Shown piece after piece: positions 1 through 11,030 of a DNA stretch of 64,000 nucleotides. Under the pieces are notes generated by a model. That model made no database searches, was not told the origin of the DNA, and was given only the letters and a program-made list of their open reading frames with translations. Position 1 is the first letter of the stretch, and each line of letters begins with the position of its first letter. Position numbers and translations under genes: made by a program. Source of the stretch: Okamejei kenojei (Eukaryota); contig CM069164.1 in the NCBI GenBank assembly GCA_035221665.1, forward strand, positions 19,840,001 through 19,904,000, in the 5' to 3' direction.

Positions 1-19
1 GAGATCATTACCAGTATAT

Positions 20-545
20 AGCAGTAAGGGGGGGGGGGGGGGGTTGCAAAGAGAAATAGTGATTGGTAATAGATGGAATCAGATGAGGAGGACATAATGG
101 GCAGATGGAAGTAGGTGGGAGGGTTGGGGGAGAAAGGATGATGGGTAGATAGAAACATGTTGGGTGGGGTGAGGGTAAGAGATAACAAAGGGAGAAGAAA
201 ACTAGGTGAACAGAGGAGTGTGTGTGGGAGGAGAGCGCTGGAATGCAGGTTGCCCAAAATAAGAAGATTCAACGTTCAGTTCTGGAGGTCGGAAGCAACC
301 CAAGTAGAATAGCAGATGATCGTTCACATTGTTTAAGCCTGTCGTAGCAATGGACAAAGCAGAAGACGGCGTGAGACTGGGAAGGAAAGTTAAAATGATG
401 TACAACTAACTGGAAGATTGAGGTGGCTGGTGCAGACAGCGCACAGGTGTTCCGCAAAATGGTCGCCTAGACAATAATTAGTTTCAATCTTGTAGAGATC
501 CTCACAAGAAGCCAGTTCGGTATTCCGACTGCGCATGCACAGGTC
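20..545 (-). mobile_element. Degenerate Penelope-like element 3' fragment (GIY-YIG endonuclease remnant plus pyrimidine-rich tail)
   Basis: Minus-strand translations (LGDHFAEHLCAV, HFNFPSQSH) parallel the better-preserved copy at 8224-9035; frameshifted. Confidence 0.7.
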
Positions 546-720
546 ATAGATCACTCGGGTTAAACACTCGCTGCAGCCGTGCCACTGCATGGGTGCAGAC
601 CTGCGTCTCATCCCTATCCAGCGGCGCTGGGCTGTCCCCGTCCCCTCCCGAGTGCCCTGTCGGGTGGCGGCCCCGCGCCGGCAGGAGCCGGACTGGAGTG
701 ACGGAGCAGGGAGGGGATGG

Positions 721-836
721 GGCGCCGGCTCCAGCTCGGCTCTGCCTGTCCCGGCGGGGCACTGGCTCGTCGCATCGGCGGCCCAGGCAAGAAGCACCAA
801 CTCCAGCTCAGGCAGAGTCGAGCTGGGGTCGGTGCC
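721..836. repeat. 27-bp inverted repeat (721-747 / 810-836) in a CpG-rich block
   Basis: GGCGCCGGCTCCAGCTCGGCTCTGCCT pairs with AGGCAGAGTCGAGCTGGGGTCGGTGCC; 23 Watson-Crick plus 4 G-T pairs. Confidence 0.85.
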
Positions 837-961
837 TTCACTCCTCACTTTCTGCAGGCCTGGGCCGACACTCCCGTCCGCGGACCTCTGGATAGACGAC
901 CCTCGTTCAGACGTCCTACACATTAGACTTTTGTGCCGTGGTTGGGATGGATGGGAGCAGG

Positions 962-1407
962 GATTTCGATGGGCGCAAGGAACAAATGACCTAAAGTTTG
1001 CGTTGAGTGAACTGAATGTTCTTAACGTCCTCGTCATACACTGGCATTTTGTGAGAGTGGTTGGATCCCAGCTTCAACTCAACCTACGTCGGTCACATTA
1101 TTCGGACAGGCGGCGGGGGAATCAGGAGCTGATGTGCGGCATCGGCGATGCTCTGGAATCCTAGTCGGCCGCCGCCGAGCAGCTGGTCGAGGAGATAGCG
1201 GCCGACCCGGGAGTAGAGGTGTCAGTTCATCCAGCAGCAAGCGGAGAGGCACCAGCTACCGCAGGCCGCTCACCTGTCGGGCGCCGACTCCTCAATCACG
1301 GGATCCAACCACTCTCACAAAACGCCGGTTTACGGCAAGGACGGTAAGAACACTCAGTCCACTCAACGCAAACTTTAGGTAATTTGTTCCTTGCGCCCAC
1401 GGAAATC
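962..1407. repeat. 108-bp inverted repeat pair (962-1069 / 1300-1407) with 230-bp GC-rich spacer
   Basis: Manual alignment of arm 1 with the reverse complement of arm 2: 12 mismatches in 108, no gaps. Confidence 0.9.
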
Positions 1408-3214
1408 TCCAGTGCGGTCGAGAAGAGCGGGTTCTGAAGTTGCATTCTCTCGATTGAGGACATTTTCTCGACTCTCCTAGAAGCAACGAGCCATGGCTTT
1501 ACCAGTGGTGGTTGTCTGTCTAACTGAAACCTCTCTTGCCCCACCTCTTACCGTCTCTCCCACTCGTATCTACCCCCCTCTCTCTCGCTGTTACACCCCG
1601 CTCTCCCTGCTATCAGGCACCCCATTCGCCATTGAAAAATCCCATGATTCCTTGCGTTTTTCAGAATACCGAACTGGCTTATTACAGAACTAAAAATCAA
1701 AAGTATTTAATTGTTATATGTACTGACAGTAGAACAATGAAATTGTTACTTGCAGCAGCAAGAGTGGCCAGTTATTAAATTACAAGTCAAATATCAAGTC
1801 ATCTGCCTTATAAAGATGTTTTTCAGGTGGAAAAACTTCAGCGAGGATAAACCATAACAGTAGTTAGGGAAGGCAAAATTAATCCTTGGGGAGTTTTATT
1901 TCCCTGCAATGAACAGAAAGCTCAGAAATGGGTAGAAATAGAGGGAACTACACATAACCCTCTAGTCCAACAACCACCCCAGAGCCAGAGGTGTGCACCA
2001 CCATCATTCTTGTCTGCACTGCAAGATTTGTTTAGATACTATTCAAATGTTAGGTGGAGTTTAGAAAAACACATAAATCCACTTAACTCTCACACACAGC
2101 AGGAGGAAATGCATACAAATAGGATCATTCAATTTCACAACACCCTGAACCGTTCATGTTGTTAAAGATTAATAGCTGTGAAACCTAGTGAATTGCGTAA
2201 TGTTGCTTCTTTGAGCGAGGTAAGATGCCGTTTTCTAAATGTAAAACTTCTACATTTGCCTATTAAAACCTTTGGACACAGCCCGTCATCATTGCGGTTT
2301 TATTGCCTCTTCTGCACATGACAAACCAAGTCAAAGAGCAGATCTCTTCATTGACCGAATAGATAACGGGACTGGGGCAGCAAAACACAATATATATATA
2401 CACTACTGTACATGACAAGTGCAATTGAATATCCGCCATTAACATGTGCTCCTCCAACCTCAACGATGTTAGAGTGACAGACGGGAATAGCAAAAATCAT
2501 TTTTAAATACATTGATACCTTCCCTAAACTACCGTAGGACAACATCTTACGGATGAGCAAAACTAAAAGATAGATAGGTAATTGACATGAGTGTTAACAA
2601 AGTCCAACACGTAAACACACGCAGGAATCGGTCCGTTTCCTGGAATAGTCATTGCTTCGAACTGGATCTCATCACAGGGTGTGGACATGCACCAGCCGCT
2701 GAGATGACCTAAACCAATACAGCCCGGGGAAAATATTACAGTGCAAGAACCAAGTGCCGTGGAACAAGAGCCATCAGACTGGAGTTTACGACTAATGATT
2801 TGGTCACAGAAATTGAGTGCCACTTCTCACGTTCCTTTGTAAGCTGTGTACGGGGATATCTTCTTTCCCCATCAACTAACGTTACAAACCGATATGATCT
2901 TACAATTATAATCGCGTTGAAAACCCTCGATCATGGACATAAATAATGTATTTTTTTTAAATCACTTGCCTACTATAGCCTAATGTTTACCCCCCGTAGA
3001 ATAAACACCTGTCTGGATCCTAAACAAACTGCAGTCTATCTTTGTTTACCAGCACCAAGCCCTTTTACATTAATACACCAATTAAAATTTAAAATGCACA
3101 CGGTGTGGATGAGGCGAGAGTGCTCCGACGGAATGTCACGTTAAACCCCACACGTTGGAGCAAGTGACGGGGGGAAAGGGGGTGCAAGGCCGGCCGTGCA
3201 ACAGGAGGGAGCTG

Positions 3215-3289
3215 GGGCAACGGGAGAGGGATCGGGCCGGCGGGGAAACGGTGGAGATCGGCCCGGGCAACGGGAGAGGGATCGGGCCG
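3215..3289. repeat. ~25-bp tandem repeat x3 (GGGCAACGGGAGAGGGATCGGGCCG)
   Basis: Identical copies at 3215-3239 and 3265-3289, degenerate middle copy. Confidence 0.8.
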
Positions 3290-3565
3290 AAGAGCTGTTG
3301 CGAGAGCCGGGTGCCGGTGCTCCGGCAGCGGAAGGCGGGCTCAAGCCGGCCTCCAACGTGGGTGAGAGGGCCGGGCCGGGGTGGGGACAGTCCGGCGCCC
3401 GGGCCAGGAGCCCCCCCGCCCCGCAGCCACGGCACGGAGAGCGCCGGGCTTTAGGCCAAGGCCTCGGAGTCCGGTGATTCCCTGGGCGGGAACAAAAAAT
3501 AACATAAAAAATAAATAAAAGCATCGCAATCCCGCCGCTGAAAAGCGCGGCCGCCAGCCTCTTAC

Positions 3566-3623
3566 CCCGCAAACTCGATGCCCAGCACAGCAGCAGCAGC
3601 AGCGCGGCTCCGAACCACCGCAT
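3566..3623 (-). CDS. ADAM10: ADAM10 coding exon 1 (signal peptide MRWFGAALLLLLCWASSLR-G); alternative in-frame ATG at 3638; rest of the gene lies left of the window
   Basis: Hydrophobic signal peptide ending at a phase-1 G|GTAAGA donor (3565), like human ADAM10 exon 1 (MVLLRVLILLLSWAAGMG-G); lies in a CpG island head-to-head with MINDY2 as in human. Identity relies partly on synteny. Confidence 0.8.
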
Positions 3624-4116
3624 CGCTGGAGCCCGCATCCCGGGGCCTCCCTCCCGGCGGGATTAGATCGCCGACTCGCAGCCCGTCAACGGCTCTCGGA
3701 GCCCCTCGCCCTCGCCCTCGGTGCTGAGCGCGCGCCAGCTGCCGGCTCCTGCCTTCCTGAACCCGCCGCTCCCCGGCCCATCCCGCCCCCGCTGCCAGAT
3801 AAGGAGCCCGCTCGCCCTTAAAGGCGCCGCGCCGCGCCCAGCTCCCACCGCTCTCGTTGTTGGACCTGCTCCAGTCGGAAAGCGCCTTGCCTGGCCCTTT
3901 GTAAACACCGCACATGCAGAGAACGAGATAAAACCGAATGAGAAAAAAACAATCACATAGCTCTCCCAGACGTGAAATAGGATAGGTGGGCCATTCGGCC
4001 CGTCAATAGTGTTTAATTGTTATAACACCGAGCTCTAAATAATGACGTTCTTGCTTTCTGTCGCCTTACAGGCACATTAATGCAACCAAGAAACGTACAA
4101 TAGACAATAATACTAT

Positions 4117-4475
4117 CAAGTCAAGTCACATTTATTTATCTAGCACGTTTAAACAAACAACTCTCGTTGACCAAAGTGCTTTACATTTGTTATAAGAGTA
4201 GTATACACAAGCAGGCTACATGCATATATACAAATAGCCCTCGCTCAGAGGACGTCAGGAAAGGCTTGGGGGAACAGATATGTTTTTAGACTAGACTTAA
4301 AGGAGTCGATGGAGGGGGCAGTTCTAATGGGGAGGGGGATGCTGTTCCACAGTCTAGGAGCTGCGACTGTAAAGGCGTGGTCGCCCCTGAGCTTATGCCT
4401 AGACCGCAGGACATTCAGCAACCCCAAGTCGGCCAATCTGAGGGACCTGGAGGTGGTGTGGTGGGTGAGAAGACT
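4117..4475 (-). mobile_element. L2-clade LINE 3' end
   Basis: KLRGDHAFTVAAPRLWNSIPLPIRTAPSIDSFKSSLKTYLF is a typical L2 ORF2 C-terminus; (CTTGA)n tail. Confidence 0.75.
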
Positions 4476-5390
4476 ATCGACTATATATCAGGTAACCCGA
4501 CTATGGGTATACTAGGTAGTGGACCTTATACAAAGTTTATGCTGAGGTAGACTTTTGGTTAGTATTATGTAGGTTAGTTCAAGGAACTGATGGATGAACC
4601 TGGAGGTAATGGTTCCCAGGCTCCTGTACCTTCCTCCAGTGAGATAAGAGCATAGCCAGGGCGGTGTGATTGCTATTCTGCCGTTTATGATTGATCTTCA
4701 CTCTCTTTCAAATTTCTTACACTATCCCTTTATTCAGACATCTGTTGATATCTGTTTTAGCTCCAGCAATGACTGAACCTCCACTGCCCTCCAGTGCAGA
4801 GAATTCCAAGGACTCATCCACATTAGAATGAGGAACTTGCTCATCATATGAGTCAAAAATGATACATCCCTTACTTTGAGACTGTGAACCCAGACTCCAT
4901 AGCCAGGAAAACATTATTCCCATGTCCCAACTCCTCGCCCTGTCAAGCCTCTAACAATACTGTATGTTTCAATGTGGTCACCATCATTCTTCTCAGCTTG
5001 AGAGCAGACATTTTGTACCTCCCAATTTTAATGCAATCGTTTTCCCACATAAGCCATATGCAGTATCATAAGAAAAGAAAATCATATATATTTCTGTGTT
5101 AGTGGATTCTCTCACCACGTTCAGAAGATAAATATTTGTTACACAGTTCCAGTTTATTCACCTATACTTAATTTGAAAACCATAATAGCATTGGATCTAT
5201 TCCACATCCTGTATTTCTATTCTCATTCCTGCTCCAATGACCAGCATAAGGCTCCTCTTGTGATCTTCCACAACAGCAGCCTTCACATTTGTTATGTAAT
5301 ATAATCCTCCAAAATTTCAGTTGTGTCTTCTCCTTCTTTCTCTTGTTTCAGCATTCCACGGTTTTCTCTCTTGCATTATATGATTCCTTC

Positions 5391-5495
5391 GGAGTCTGAA
5401 GAAAGGTCCTGAACCGAAACATCACCTATCCCACAAAGTATTCCAGCACTTACTGTCTTGTTTTGTAAACCAGCATTATCAGATCCTTGCATCTC
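5391..5495 (+). mobile_element. Penelope-derived short element with hammerhead-like motif (degenerate)
   Basis: CTGAAGA (5396) ... GGT-loop-ACC GAAACATC followed by the family 3' sequence. Confidence 0.65.
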
Positions 5496-5909
5496 TTTTA
5501 TTCCTTCTTTCATTTCTATCAATACTCAATGTCTTCTGTGTTGCATCTTAACTCATGTTAACTCTTTGCACAATCAGCAATTTATTTCTAATTATTTTCA
5601 TTTAGAATGCTGTACTCGCTACCCATGCTGATGTCCTTGCTACACTCAAACTGGTGAATACTTCTTGGAACAATTCTGTTCTGTCTGCTGTTGTAACTTG
5701 AGGTTTCCACTTGCCTATCACTCCACAAGCACCCCGACCTCTCCATCCATGCTTCCAACACTGCTTCAATGACATTCAAAGAAAATTCAAGGACTAGCAG
5801 CTTGTCTTTGAAACGGAGCATTAGAACTTTCTGGATTCAACACTAAGCTCAGCAATTCACACAATAAGCACTTTCAAAATGTTTACAATATTTTTCTCTG
5901 ATAAAGTAT

Positions 5910-6440
5910 AGCACAGAAACTCCTCAGCCCACAATGTCTGTGCCAAGCCTAATGCCTGCCTAGACTAATCCCTTGTACCTGGACTTGCTCCATATCCCCC
6001 CCCCCCCCCGTTCTCTGCATATTCACGTGCTTATCCAAAAGTCTCTTATATGCCACTTTCATATTTACTTCTGCCACCACACTTGGCAGCAGGTTTCAGG
6101 TACCTATCACTCTCTGTGTAAAAAAACTTTCTGTGCACATCTCTTATAAACATTTCTCCTCTGACCTTAAAGCTGTGCCCTCTCGTATTTGACATCTCCA
6201 CCATTGGATAAAGATCCTGACTGTCAACCCCATCTATACCTCATAATTTTATAAAATGCTACCAGGTCTCTGCTCAGTCTCCAATGCTCCAGAGAAAACA
6301 ATCCCAGTTTGTCCAACCTTTCAATATGGCTAATACCCTGTAAAGCAAGCAGTATTCCAAGCCTCTTCTGCACCTTTGCCAAAGCTTTCACATCCTTCCT
6401 GTAATAGGACGACAAGAATACTGTGCACAATACACCATAT
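5910..6440 (-). mobile_element. CR1 LINE 3' fragment
   Basis: YRKDVKALAKVQKR...LDKLGLFSLEHWRL matches the CR1 ORF2 C-terminus. Confidence 0.75.
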
Positions 6441-6593
6441 CCCTTTTATTGTTCTTTTTCTCTCTAGGTTCTCCACAATTTGAAACTTATATTTTCTCTT
6501 AGTTCTGAAACACTTGATTGGTAATTTACTTATTTCTCTTCTAGCAACATTTTCTGTTTATATCCGGTGAATGCATGTTATTAATTTAACAGT

Positions 6594-6785
6594 AAAAAAT
6601 AATGCTGCAGGAACTCAGTGGGTGAGGCAGAATCAGTGGAGGGAATGGACAGGCAGCATAACAGGTCTGCAGAAGGGTCTTTACCTGAAACGCCGCCTGT
6701 CCATTCTCTCCACTGATGCAGCCACACTCGTGGAGTTCCTCCAACATTTTGTTTTTTTGCTCAAGGTGCCAGCACCTGCATTTAT
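6594..6785. mobile_element. Fold-back Penelope-derived short element
   Basis: Inverted arms; mutated hammerhead motif at 6661-6700 with a 6-bp stem I (ACAGGT/GCCTGT). Confidence 0.7.
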
Positions 6786-6959
6786 TTAACATATAGAATG
6801 AAATCTAAAAGTAGTTATTTTCCTGTAGAACATTATAATATTAAATTTGTATTTGAATTAATTGCCATTTTAATGAAGTTACAACAAACAACTACATTCA
6901 AACCAAACAACAAAAACAGCATGCAATAGACAGAGGAAATGGCCTCATAACCAAAGAGC

Positions 6960-7245
6960 GATGCGGTAACACAGCTATTAGAGCCACGGCCTCCAGCACC
7001 AGAGTCATGGTTAAATCCTAACAGAGTTTATGTATTTCTCCCAGTAACCGGGTGCTCCAGTGTCCTCCCACAACCCAAAGGGTTGGTTGTTTATTTGGCC
7101 ACTGTAATTTGCCCCAAGGTAGAATTTAGGAGCAGTTGATGAGATTGCAAGCGGAATTAAAAATTAATTAATGTTTGTAAATGGGTAGTTGATAGTCAGT
7201 GTGGATTTGATGGGGCCAATGGCATGTTTCCTTGCAGTATCTCTG
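6960..7245 (+). mobile_element. Degenerate tRNA-derived V-SINE (HE1-like)
   Basis: CGGGTGCTCCAGTGTCCTCCCACA V-domain-like core; similar to the copies at 37851 and 42285. Confidence 0.55.
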
Positions 7246-7379
7246 AGTTCGACAATGGCAAAGGATCAGATTGAAGCTCTGCGAGATTATAACATCTAAT
7301 CATAAATGGTGATGTACAGATAAGTACTTCCGGGAGTAAGAGAGGCTCTAAGAAAATGCTCCTCTGCAGTAATGGTAGG

Positions 7380-8170
7380 GCCAGACAGTTGAACAGAATT
7401 ATGCTCAGCCAGAAGGGCAGAATGGACGCTCCGTCAGAGCTCCCTGTCATCGCAGAAAAACGGTCTTCAACCAATTCGGTGCACATGATTTGCATTGTGT
7501 GGTCAAAAAATGGTTGACAGCATCTGAACAGCAAAAGCTTTGGGAGCAAACAACATTTGAGCTGTAGCCCTAAATACTTGAACTCCAGCACAAGCTGCAG
7601 CATGAACCAAGCTGCAATCATGCAGTTACAACATAGGCATCTATCCAATTAAGTGGAACATTGCCCAGACATGTCCTATTGACAAAAAAAAACTCAATAA
7701 ATCCAACCAAGCTGACAATCAGTCTATTCTTAATCATCAGCAAAAAGATGGAAGGTGTCATCAAGGCTTACCAATAACCCAATCAACGATGCACAATTTG
7801 GATTTTTCCAGGATTACTGGCTCTAGACCTCATCACAATATGTGTCCAAATATGGACCTAGAGTTCAATTACAGAGGTATGTAGAAAGTGACTACCTCTA
7901 ACATAAAAGCAGCATTTGAATGAACATAGAGTCATGGATTGAACTAAATTTAATGGCCGTCAAAGGGAAAATACTTCACTGGTTGGAGTCACAAAGTTCT
8001 GGTTCCAATTTCATGACATTATTACAAGGGTTCCTCAGGGCAGTGTCCTAGGCTATTCTTTCCATTGTAATGTCAGAAACGGGAATGTTTATTGATGTTT
8101 GCACAACATTCAACTCCATTTGCAACCCATTAGCAAATTCACCAGCAAGTCTACTCTTGACATTCACTAG
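7380..8170 (+). mobile_element. Old, highly degenerate LINE reverse transcriptase fragment
   Basis: Remnants of IKAAF and GVPQGSVLG motifs. Confidence 0.5.
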
Positions 8171-8223
8171 CATTTATTTCACTTGGTCCCCATTAACAAC
8201 CTGGTGGGATGATGGGGTGTCTT

Positions 8224-9035
8224 GAATGACCACAAACTGGACAGAGTTCCCATTGTCCTCACCTTCTACCCCATCAGCTGTTGCAAACAGTATATAATCC
8301 TCCAACACTTTCACCACTTCCAACAGGATCCCACTACTGGCCACATCTTCCCATCTCCACCCCTTTCTGCTTTCCGCAGAGACCGTTCCCTCCGCAACTC
8401 CCTGGTCAACTCGTCCCTTCCTACCCAAACCACCCCCTCCCCAGGTACTTTCCCCTGCAACCGCAGGTGATGAAACACCTGTCCCTTTACCTCCCCCCTC
8501 GACTCCATCCAAGAACCCCCACAATCTTTTCAGGTGAGGCAGAGGCTCACTTGCACCTCCTCAATCTGATCTACTGTATCCGCTGTTCCAGGTGTTATCT
8601 TCTGTACATCGGTGAGACCAAGCTCATCGGCGATCGTTTCGCTGAACACCTCCGCTCAGTCCGCCTTTACCTACCTGGTCTCCCGGTTGTTCAGCACTTT
8701 AACTCCCCCTCCCATTACCAATCTGACCTTTCTGTCCTGGGCCTCCTCCATTGTCAGAGTGAGGCCCAGTGCAAATTGGAGGAACAGCACCTCATATTTT
8801 GGTTGGGCAGCTTACACCTCAGCGGTGTGAACATTTACTTCTCTAACTTCAAATAGCCTTTGCTTTTCCTCTTTCTCCATCCCTTCCCCCTTCCCAGTTC
8901 TACCACCAGTCTTACTGTCTCCCACTACATTCTATCTCTCTCCCACCCCACTCTCGACCCGAAACGTCACTGATTCCTTCTCTTCAGAGATGTTGCCTGT
9001 CCCGCTGAGTTACTCCTGCATTATGTGTCTACCTT
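8224..9035 (+). mobile_element. Penelope-like element 3' part: GIY-YIG endonuclease pseudogene followed by terminal repeat with partial hammerhead motif
   Basis: [30 protein letters not shown]...HFNSPSH...LEEQHLIFWLGSL; followed by TCTCGACCCGAAACGTCACTG at ~8953-8973. Confidence 0.85.
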
Positions 9036-9401
9036 AGAAGTATATCTTCAATCCTTCATCGTCAGCAGGTATTTTGGACTTTCCTTCTCAAGAACATTTG
9101 GGATTACTTTCACCAGAAAAAAAGTTCAGCATCACCTTCTCAAAGACAATTAGAGATAGGCAATAAATTCTGGTCTTGGGCGTGATGCCCAGATCTGAAA
9201 AATAATCCTCAAAAAGTCGGTGTTGTTGACATAAAATGGCAATAAAGCTATACGTGGAGGAGTTATTGTCAGAGTGCCAAAATATTAATTCCACTGGAAC
9301 ACCACAAACATTGGCAAAAATAAGGTATTACAGGCTAGACTCATTGTGTTCTATAATTATAATATAACAACGTAGAAAACAATAACATAGCATAATTGTT
9401 T

Positions 9402-9567
9402 AAGAAAGAACTGCAGATGCTGGAAAAATCAACGGTAGATAAAAATGCTGGAGAAACTCAGCGGTTGAGGCAGCATCTATGGAGCGAAGGAATAGGCGAC
9501 GTTTCGGCTCTGAAACGTTGCCTATTCCTTCGCTCCATAGATGTTGCCTCAACTGCTGAGTTTCTCC
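9402..9567. mobile_element. Fold-back Penelope-derived short element with TSD
   Basis: Inverted arms centred ~9508; flanking direct repeat AACATAGCATAATTGTTT at 9384-9401 and 9568-9585. Confidence 0.85.
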
Positions 9568-10809
9568 AACATAGCATAATTGTTTTGTTTTGAACATTCA
9601 ATAAATTGGAGATGGATCCAATTTACAAAATTAAACAAACATCGAAAGAATTGTTCATTAACAGTCCTTGTGTGTATTAATATTACGCATTGATTAATAG
9701 TTCTCTTACAAGTTGAACGTTTCTAATAACTTTGAAAGACCACAAAATAAACGTAAAAGGTTGCAAAAAGGTATATTAGTAGATCAGGAACACACACTTA
9801 CCTTGTAAACAGTCTGTTCAGGAGACCTGATAACAGCAGGGAATAAGCTGCTCCTGAATCTGGTTGTAAGTGCTTTCAAGTTTTTGTATTTTCTGCCCAA
9901 CAGGAGAAGGGAGAATGATCATTGTGCAAGTGAAGCCTGATTAGGTTGACTGTTTTGGCAAGCCAGCGTGAAATGAAAATTGAGTTGATGTGGGAGGGAG
10001 GGAGGGAGGGGAGGCTGGTTTGTGTGATGGACCAGTTTGTATCCACAATGCTGTGGAATTTTCCATTGCCTTCTTCATCTTGAGTCAACAACCTTGGAAT
10101 ATCCCCCAAACACTTCACAACTAATGGTATATTTTTGAAGTGTGGTCATTTTTGTAATATAGATTGACAGGTTCCCCGAACAACATGGAGGTTAATTAAA
10201 TGTTGTTCTTGAAAATAGTGCTGCAGAATCTTGTTCGTCCACGTGAAAGGAAACTTTAATTCAAAAGATGACACAAAGGTAATATTTTTGGTTTTGTCCT
10301 CAATTCCTCTCGTATCTCACACACGCCACTGAGCTATGATTTCAATGCAATTCGTGTGTGTTAAATAAGTTATTATGTAAAATTCTGAACGCGCCAGAAT
10401 GAGCTAAACTTTGATTCCACCACTTTTTAGATGTACAACAGTTGCTGCAGATTATTGTTATTGCCGCTTTAAGAAAGCGGGCGGGTTTAGCAATGGCGCA
10501 TGCCTACAATCGCTAATCACAATTTCCTGCCAGATAGTGTTCCTTTGTTTTCCTTTTTTTTTGCATTAAGGAAGAAGGCTGTAATCCTCCACATCACCAG
10601 AGCTATCAAAAAGCAGATATCTCTCCAGAGAGAAAAATATATATATTGGCACTATTGCAGCCACTTGCTTTTCCATTTTATATGTGAAAAATTAGGTCGG
10701 CATCACGTTTATCGGAAGTACGCTCTAAGCACTTGCTGCATTATATATATATTTGACTAATAATAAAACTAAAAGGCTTGTCACTTGGAGGGAGCTTTGC
10801 AGCATATTT

Positions 10810-10900
10810 CTGGGCACGTTTCGGTGCCTGGAAGGCGGAGTGTGTAGCACGCATGCGCGCTCCGGGCGCCTGACGTCACGAGCTGCTGGCAGTGTCATGG
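10810..10900 (+). promoter_or_regulatory. MINDY2: MINDY2 proximal promoter: NRF1-like ACGCATGCGC (10849-10858) and palindromic CRE TGACGTCA (10871-10878) at the start of a CpG island extending to ~11640
   Basis: Motifs seen directly, about 150-180 nt upstream of the ATG. Confidence 0.6.
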
Positions 10901-10938
10901 CGGCTGCCTGTCAGCGGCTGGAAGCTTCTTCCATGTAA
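10897..10938 (+). other. Candidate uORF MAAACQRLEASSM* in the MINDY2 leader
   Basis: GTCATGG strong Kozak context; stops 92 nt before the main ATG; depends on TSS position. Confidence 0.4.
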
Positions 10939-11030
10939 ACACCTCGACGTTTCCTCCTCTCCTCTCCTCTCCCTCCCTCTTCCCTCCCTTTCCCCCCACC
11001 CACACACACACACTCCCCGCTTGAAGGCAC

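Larger units (their letters stand above)
3100..3960 (-). promoter_or_regulatory. ADAM10: CpG island spanning ADAM10 promoter, 5'UTR, exon 1 and start of intron 1
   Basis: Very GC/CpG-rich against an AT-rich background; GC boxes; surrounds a signal-peptide exon. Confidence 0.75.

Noticed and set aside
390-1164. Long overlapping ORFs (215 aa minus, 191 aa plus)
   Set aside because: Products of GC-rich, stop-poor sequence; no recognisable domain apart from a Penelope remnant at one end
3141-3565. Continuation of the 165-aa ORF beyond the signal peptide
   Set aside because: Read-through into intron 1 past a strong GTAAGA donor
9396-9597. Recurring small ORFs (KKELQMLEK..., [15 protein letters not shown]...) as a peptide family
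   Set aside because: Translations of the fold-back repeat on both strands; frames are not preserved between copies
3960-10800. Single bidirectional promoter for ADAM10 and MINDY2
   Set aside because: There are two separate CpG islands about 7 kb apart with TE-filled DNA between them
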